Below, piece after piece: positions 60,511 to 64,000 of a stretch of DNA of 64,000 nucleotides. Both the position numbers and the translations under genes were made by a program. The notes under the pieces were generated by a model. That model saw only the letters and a list, made by a program, of their open reading frames with translations. It searched no databases and was not told where the DNA came from. The stretch covers positions 1,280,001 to 1,344,000 of the forward strand of contig OY729427.2 of NCBI GenBank assembly GCA_963422375.2. Reading direction: 5' to 3'. Every line of letters starts with the position of its first letter. The stretch's first letter is position 1. This DNA is from Bryobacterales bacterium (GTDB lineage Bacteria; Acidobacteriota; Terriglobia; Bryobacterales; UBA6623).

Positions 60511-63500
60511 CAAACAGGCTTCCGGGCGCGAGGCGAGCGCGTCTCGCCTTGGTCCTGCTCGCTCTAGCCGGGCTGGGCTGGGGCGGCTTCGAGGCCTTGC
60601 TTCACACCGACTGGCTCCTCGAACGCGTGCGGGCGGCCTTGGTGCGGGAGCTCTCGCTGGCCACGGGCGGCAGCGTGTGCCTCGCCGCGCTGCAATTCGG
60701 GGACAGCCGGCTCTCGATCGAGATCGAGGGGCTTCAGATCGAGGGCCTCGGCCCGGCCGGGTCGCCCCCGCTGCTCACCGTCCCGCGGGCTACGGCCATT
60801 GTCGGGTGGCGAACCCTCCTAGGGGGCGGAGCGTACTTGGAAGAGCTGCGGATCCACGGTCCCGTCGTCCGAGCGGCTTTCGGCGAGGCCGGCGACTCGA
60901 ACCTGCCGAGACCGTCCGGGCCGGGACAGCCCGGCGTGATCGCGATTCGGCGGCTCGAGGTCCTCGGCGGACAGGTCGTCTGGAACGGTCGGCCCTACGG
61001 CATGGCGCTCAGCGGATCCGGACTCGAGATCGTCGCGACGCTGGACGAGAGCGCTCGCGCCTACCGGGTCGACGCGAGGATCTCGGACGCCCAGTGGAGC
61101 GGCGAAGGCCTGCGGCCGCTGCAGGGGGCGACAGGCTCGCTCCGGGCGGTCGCGGACAGCCAAGGCGTCGAGATCCAAGAGGCCAGCTTGCGGGGCAGCG
61201 AATTCTCGCTGGAGGCCTCGGGAAGGCTGCGCAACCTGCAATCACCCCGATTCGAGGGCCGCTGGAGGGCCGCTGCAGTGCTCCCCGCCCTAGCCGCGCT
61301 GTGGCACCTCGAAGCCCCCGGCCTGGCCGGGCTTGCCCGCTTGGAGGGCGACCTGGAATGGGATCTAACGGCCGGACAGGCCAGCTACCGGGCCAAGGCC
61401 GCGGCCACCGGGATCGAGGTCGCGGGACTGGACTTGCAGGCCGATCTCGAAGCGGACCTGACGGGCGACTCGGAGGGCGTCGAGCTGACCGGCATCAGCG
61501 GAAGCGCCTTGGGCGGCTTGGTCGCGGGCCGGGCGCGGCTCCGCGGGCCCTGGGACGCCCCCTCGCTCGAAGCGACGGCAACCTCGACCGGCGTTTCGTT
61601 GCGCGACCTGGCACACCTGGCAGGCATCGAGGCGATCCCCTGGGGAGGGACCCTCGACACCCGGGCCGAAGTCGCCGGCTCGCTCTCGCAGGGCCTGGCG
61701 GTCGACCTCGGCTTCTCCATCCATCCGGCGGCTGCGCCTGCGCGACTGCCCTTGGCGGGCGGCGGCTCCCTGAGATTCCTGACGCACGACGGCAGCGTGT
61801 CCGTCTCCGGCGTGAAGCTGACCGCTCGCGACGCGTCGCTCGCCGTGGCCGGCACCGTCGACGCCGAGCTGCGGGCGCACCTCGAGGTCGTGGCCTCGAT
61901 GGATTCGAGACAAGCCGTCGAGACGATCCTCGGCAGCGTCCGGCCCACGGCCGCGCTGCCGGTCGCACTACCCGACGCACGGTATTCGTTCCGCGGCACG
62001 CTGCGCGGCGGGCTCTCAGGCGCAACGGACGCCGTGCTGGAGGGCGACGTATCCGCAGAGGACATCCTGCTCGGCGGCGAGAGCTGGGAGCGGTTCTCGA
62101 TGCGGGGCTCGCTGTCGCCCGCGGGGCTCGAAATCCTCGACGGGCGGCTGACAGACAGCGGCGGCTGGATCAGCGTGCGGGGCACGCTCCCCTTCGACAC
62201 CGACCGCGAGATGGACCTCGCCGTCTCGGCTCGGAGCGTCGAGTCCGCCAAGCTCGCACGATCGGCCGGCTTCGATCTCCCGGTCTCCGGCGCGTCCGCC
62301 ATCGAGGCCCAGATGTCGGGCTCCCTTGCCCGTCCAGTCGCCGCGGCCACGATCTCCGTGGAAGCCCCTCGCGTGCTCGGCGAGAGCCTGGACATGCTCG
62401 AAGCGGAGCTGCAATACGCCGCGGGCAAGCTGCAGCTGGCCCAAGCGGCTTTCCGGCGCGGCGAGTCCGTGCTGCGGGCGACGGGCTCGATCGCGCGCGA
62501 GAGCAGGGAGTTCGAGCTCGACATCGCCAGCAACTTCTGGACTCTCGACAAGTTCGCCTGGCCGGGAAGCCGCGTGCCGGGCGTCGCGGGGAACCTGCAG
62601 TTCGAGGTTGCTGCCGCCGGGCAGCTGGGCAGCGGGAACAGGCTGGACTCGCTCGAGATCGACGGCAGCTGGGAACTCTCGGAACTGCGACGGGGCGACC
62701 TGTCCCTAGGCCATTGGTCAGGCGTCGCGCGGTCCATGCGGGACCGTCCGAACGTCGACTTCGAGTGGAGCGCGAACACGCTCGGCGGCGTTGTCCGGGG
62801 AGATGCCTCCGTCTGGCCGGGCGAGCCGTCCGCCTACCGGGGCAAGCTGGACTTCTCGGACATCAGCATCCCCCGGGCGGCCGCGCTGGCGGACCTGCCC
62901 GTCTTCAAGAGCGAGGGCGTGCTGACGGGGAGGGCGGACTTCAGCGGCGAGGCCGGAGACATCGCCACGTTCGAGATGGACGGGATCATCGAGCGCGCCG
63001 AGCTGCGCCTGGCGGCGGCGGAGGGACCCGCGGTCCGGATCACCAACATCTTCCCCATGCACTGGGGCGTCAAGGAGGGAGCGCTGCGCTTCGACTCGAT
63101 GAACCTCGCCGGCCCGGACACGGACTTCGCGATCGACGGCTCGGTGGAATTCGGAGGGCAGCGGAATCTGGACGTGGGACTGGACGGAACGCTCAACCTA
63201 GCGCTGCTGAACGGATTCCTGCAGGGGGTAGCGGCCGACGGCGCCGCGCGCGTCCGCTTGCGGATGCTGGGGACGCTGGACAATCCCTCCCTGGAAGGTT
63301 CTGTGGCCTTCGTCGACGCCTCCGCCCGCGGGCTCGGCCTCCCGCTCCGGCTGACCGCAATCAACGGAAGCGTCAGCTTCGCGGACGGCCAGGGCCGGAT
63401 CGAGAGGCTGACCGCAGCGTCCGGAGGGGGCACTTTCCGGGTGGACGGGGTGGTCGCGTTGCGGGGCTCGCGCCTCGAGTACCGCTTCGACGCGACTGCC

Positions 63501-64000
63501 GAGGACATGCGCGTCGACTATCCGAAGAGCGTCAGCAGCGTGGTCGACGGCCGCTTCACGCTGGCGGGTGTCGGCTCGACGAGCATTCTGAACGGCGACC
63601 TGCTGATCTCGCGGCTTTCGCTGGCGGAGAACCTGTCGTTCGCGGACCTGTTCGCGGACTTGCAGCAGCCGGAAGGCGTTCCGGTCGCCGCCTCGATGCT
63701 GCAGGGGATGCAGGTTAACGTGCGTATCGGAGCGGTCTCGCAGCTTCCCGTGGAGACCGAGCTGGCGCGCAACGTCGCGGCGGACCTCGACCTCAACGTC
63801 ATGGGCACCATGGCCGCCCCCTCGATTCTCGGCGAGATCGGCATCGCGCAGGGAGAGCTGAACATGCTCGGCACGCGCTACCGCATCAATCGCGGGGACA
63901 TCCGCTTCGTCAACCCGCTCAAGCCCGAGCCCGTGCTGAACGTCGAACTCGAGGCGCGCATCCGCGATGTCGATCTGGCGCTCGTGCTGTCAGGGCCCGC
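60507..64000 (+). CDS. tamB: TamB/AsmA-like translocation and assembly module protein (runs off the window end)
   Basis: GTG overlaps the upstream TGA; N-terminal TM; long beta-strand repeats; end of window reads GT..P.ILGEI..GDIRF.NP..P.LNV, typical of DUF490; absent from the ORF track because no stop is reached. Confidence 0.85.
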   Translation, partial: MTNRLPGARRARLALVLLALAGLGWGGFEALLHTDWLLERVRAALVRELSLATGGSVCLAALQFGDSRLSIEIEGLQIEGLGPAGSPPLLTVPRATAIVGWRTLLGGGAYLEELRIHGPVVRAAFGEAGDSNLPRPSGPGQPGVIAIRRLEVLGGQVVWNGRPYGMALSGSGLEIVATLDESARAYRVDARISDAQWSGEGLRPLQGATGSLRAVADSQGVEIQEASLRGSEFSLEASGRLRNLQSPRFEGRWRAAAVLPALAALWHLEAPGLAGLARLEGDLEWDLTAGQASYRAKAAATGIEVAGLDLQADLEADLTGDSEGVELTGISGSALGGLVAGRARLRGPWDAPSLEATATSTGVSLRDLAHLAGIEAIPWGGTLDTRAEVAGSLSQGLAVDLGFSIHPAAAPARLPLAGGGSLRFLTHDGSVSVSGVKLTARDASLAVAGTVDAELRAHLEVVASMDSRQAVETILGSVRPTAALPVALPDARYSFRGTLRGGLSGATDAVLEGDVSAEDILLGGESWERFSMRGSLSPAGLEILDGRLTDSGGWISVRGTLPFDTDREMDLAVSARSVESAKLARSAGFDLPVSGASAIEAQMSGSLARPVAAATISVEAPRVLGESLDMLEAELQYAAGKLQLAQAAFRRGESVLRATGSIARESREFELDIASNFWTLDKFAWPGSRVPGVAGNLQFEVAAAGQLGSGNRLDSLEIDGSWELSELRRGDLSLGHWSGVARSMRDRPNVDFEWSANTLGGVVRGDASVWPGEPSAYRGKLDFSDISIPRAAALADLPVFKSEGVLTGRADFSGEAGDIATFEMDGIIERAELRLAAAEGPAVRITNIFPMHWGVKEGALRFDSMNLAGPDTDFAIDGSVEFGGQRNLDVGLDGTLNLALLNGFLQGVAADGAARVRLRMLGTLDNPSLEGSVAFVDASARGLGLPLRLTAINGSVSFADGQGRIERLTAASGGGTFRVDGVVALRGSRLEYRFDATAEDMRVDYPKSVSSVVDGRFTLAGVGSTSILNGDLLISRLSLAENLSFADLFADLQQPEGVPVAASMLQGMQVNVRIGAVSQLPVETELARNVAADLDLNVMGTMAAPSILGEIGIAQGELNMLGTRYRINRGDIRFVNPLKPEPVLNVELEARIRDVDLALVLSGP

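Overview
GC-rich bacterial chromosomal window. The gene content suggests Acidobacteriota (Bryobacterales-like), possibly a marine or host-associated lineage; this is inference. From left to right it contains: a 1548-aa repeat-rich surface lipoprotein with two TbpB-like lobes; a first IS graveyard (ISAzo13, IS1595 x2, IS1380, a 255-bp MITE, low-GC debris); an intact 12-kb minus-strand type IV secretion/conjugation locus (virD4, virB2-3-4-9-10-5-6-8, a small membrane protein and two wHTH-type proteins, one Replic_Relax/MOBC-like) with no virB11, virB1 or integrase in view; three Cys-type sulfatases; an SdpI-like gene; an HlyD/TPR/ABC-permease operon; a TonB-dependent receptor divergent from an ECF sigma factor whose zinc anti-sigma carries a C-terminal HNH-like domain; a PHP/DUF3604-like protein; an MmeI-like pseudogene; a second, nested IS graveyard overlying a ~1.6-kb tandem triplication that encodes membrane-anchored coiled-coil proteins with 2, 5 and 3 hendecad repeats; and rmuC, a thiF/moeB-like gene and tamA/bamA-surA-like-tamB. 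No CRISPR array, rRNA or tRNA was seen. All family assignments come from motif recognition by eye, not from database searches.
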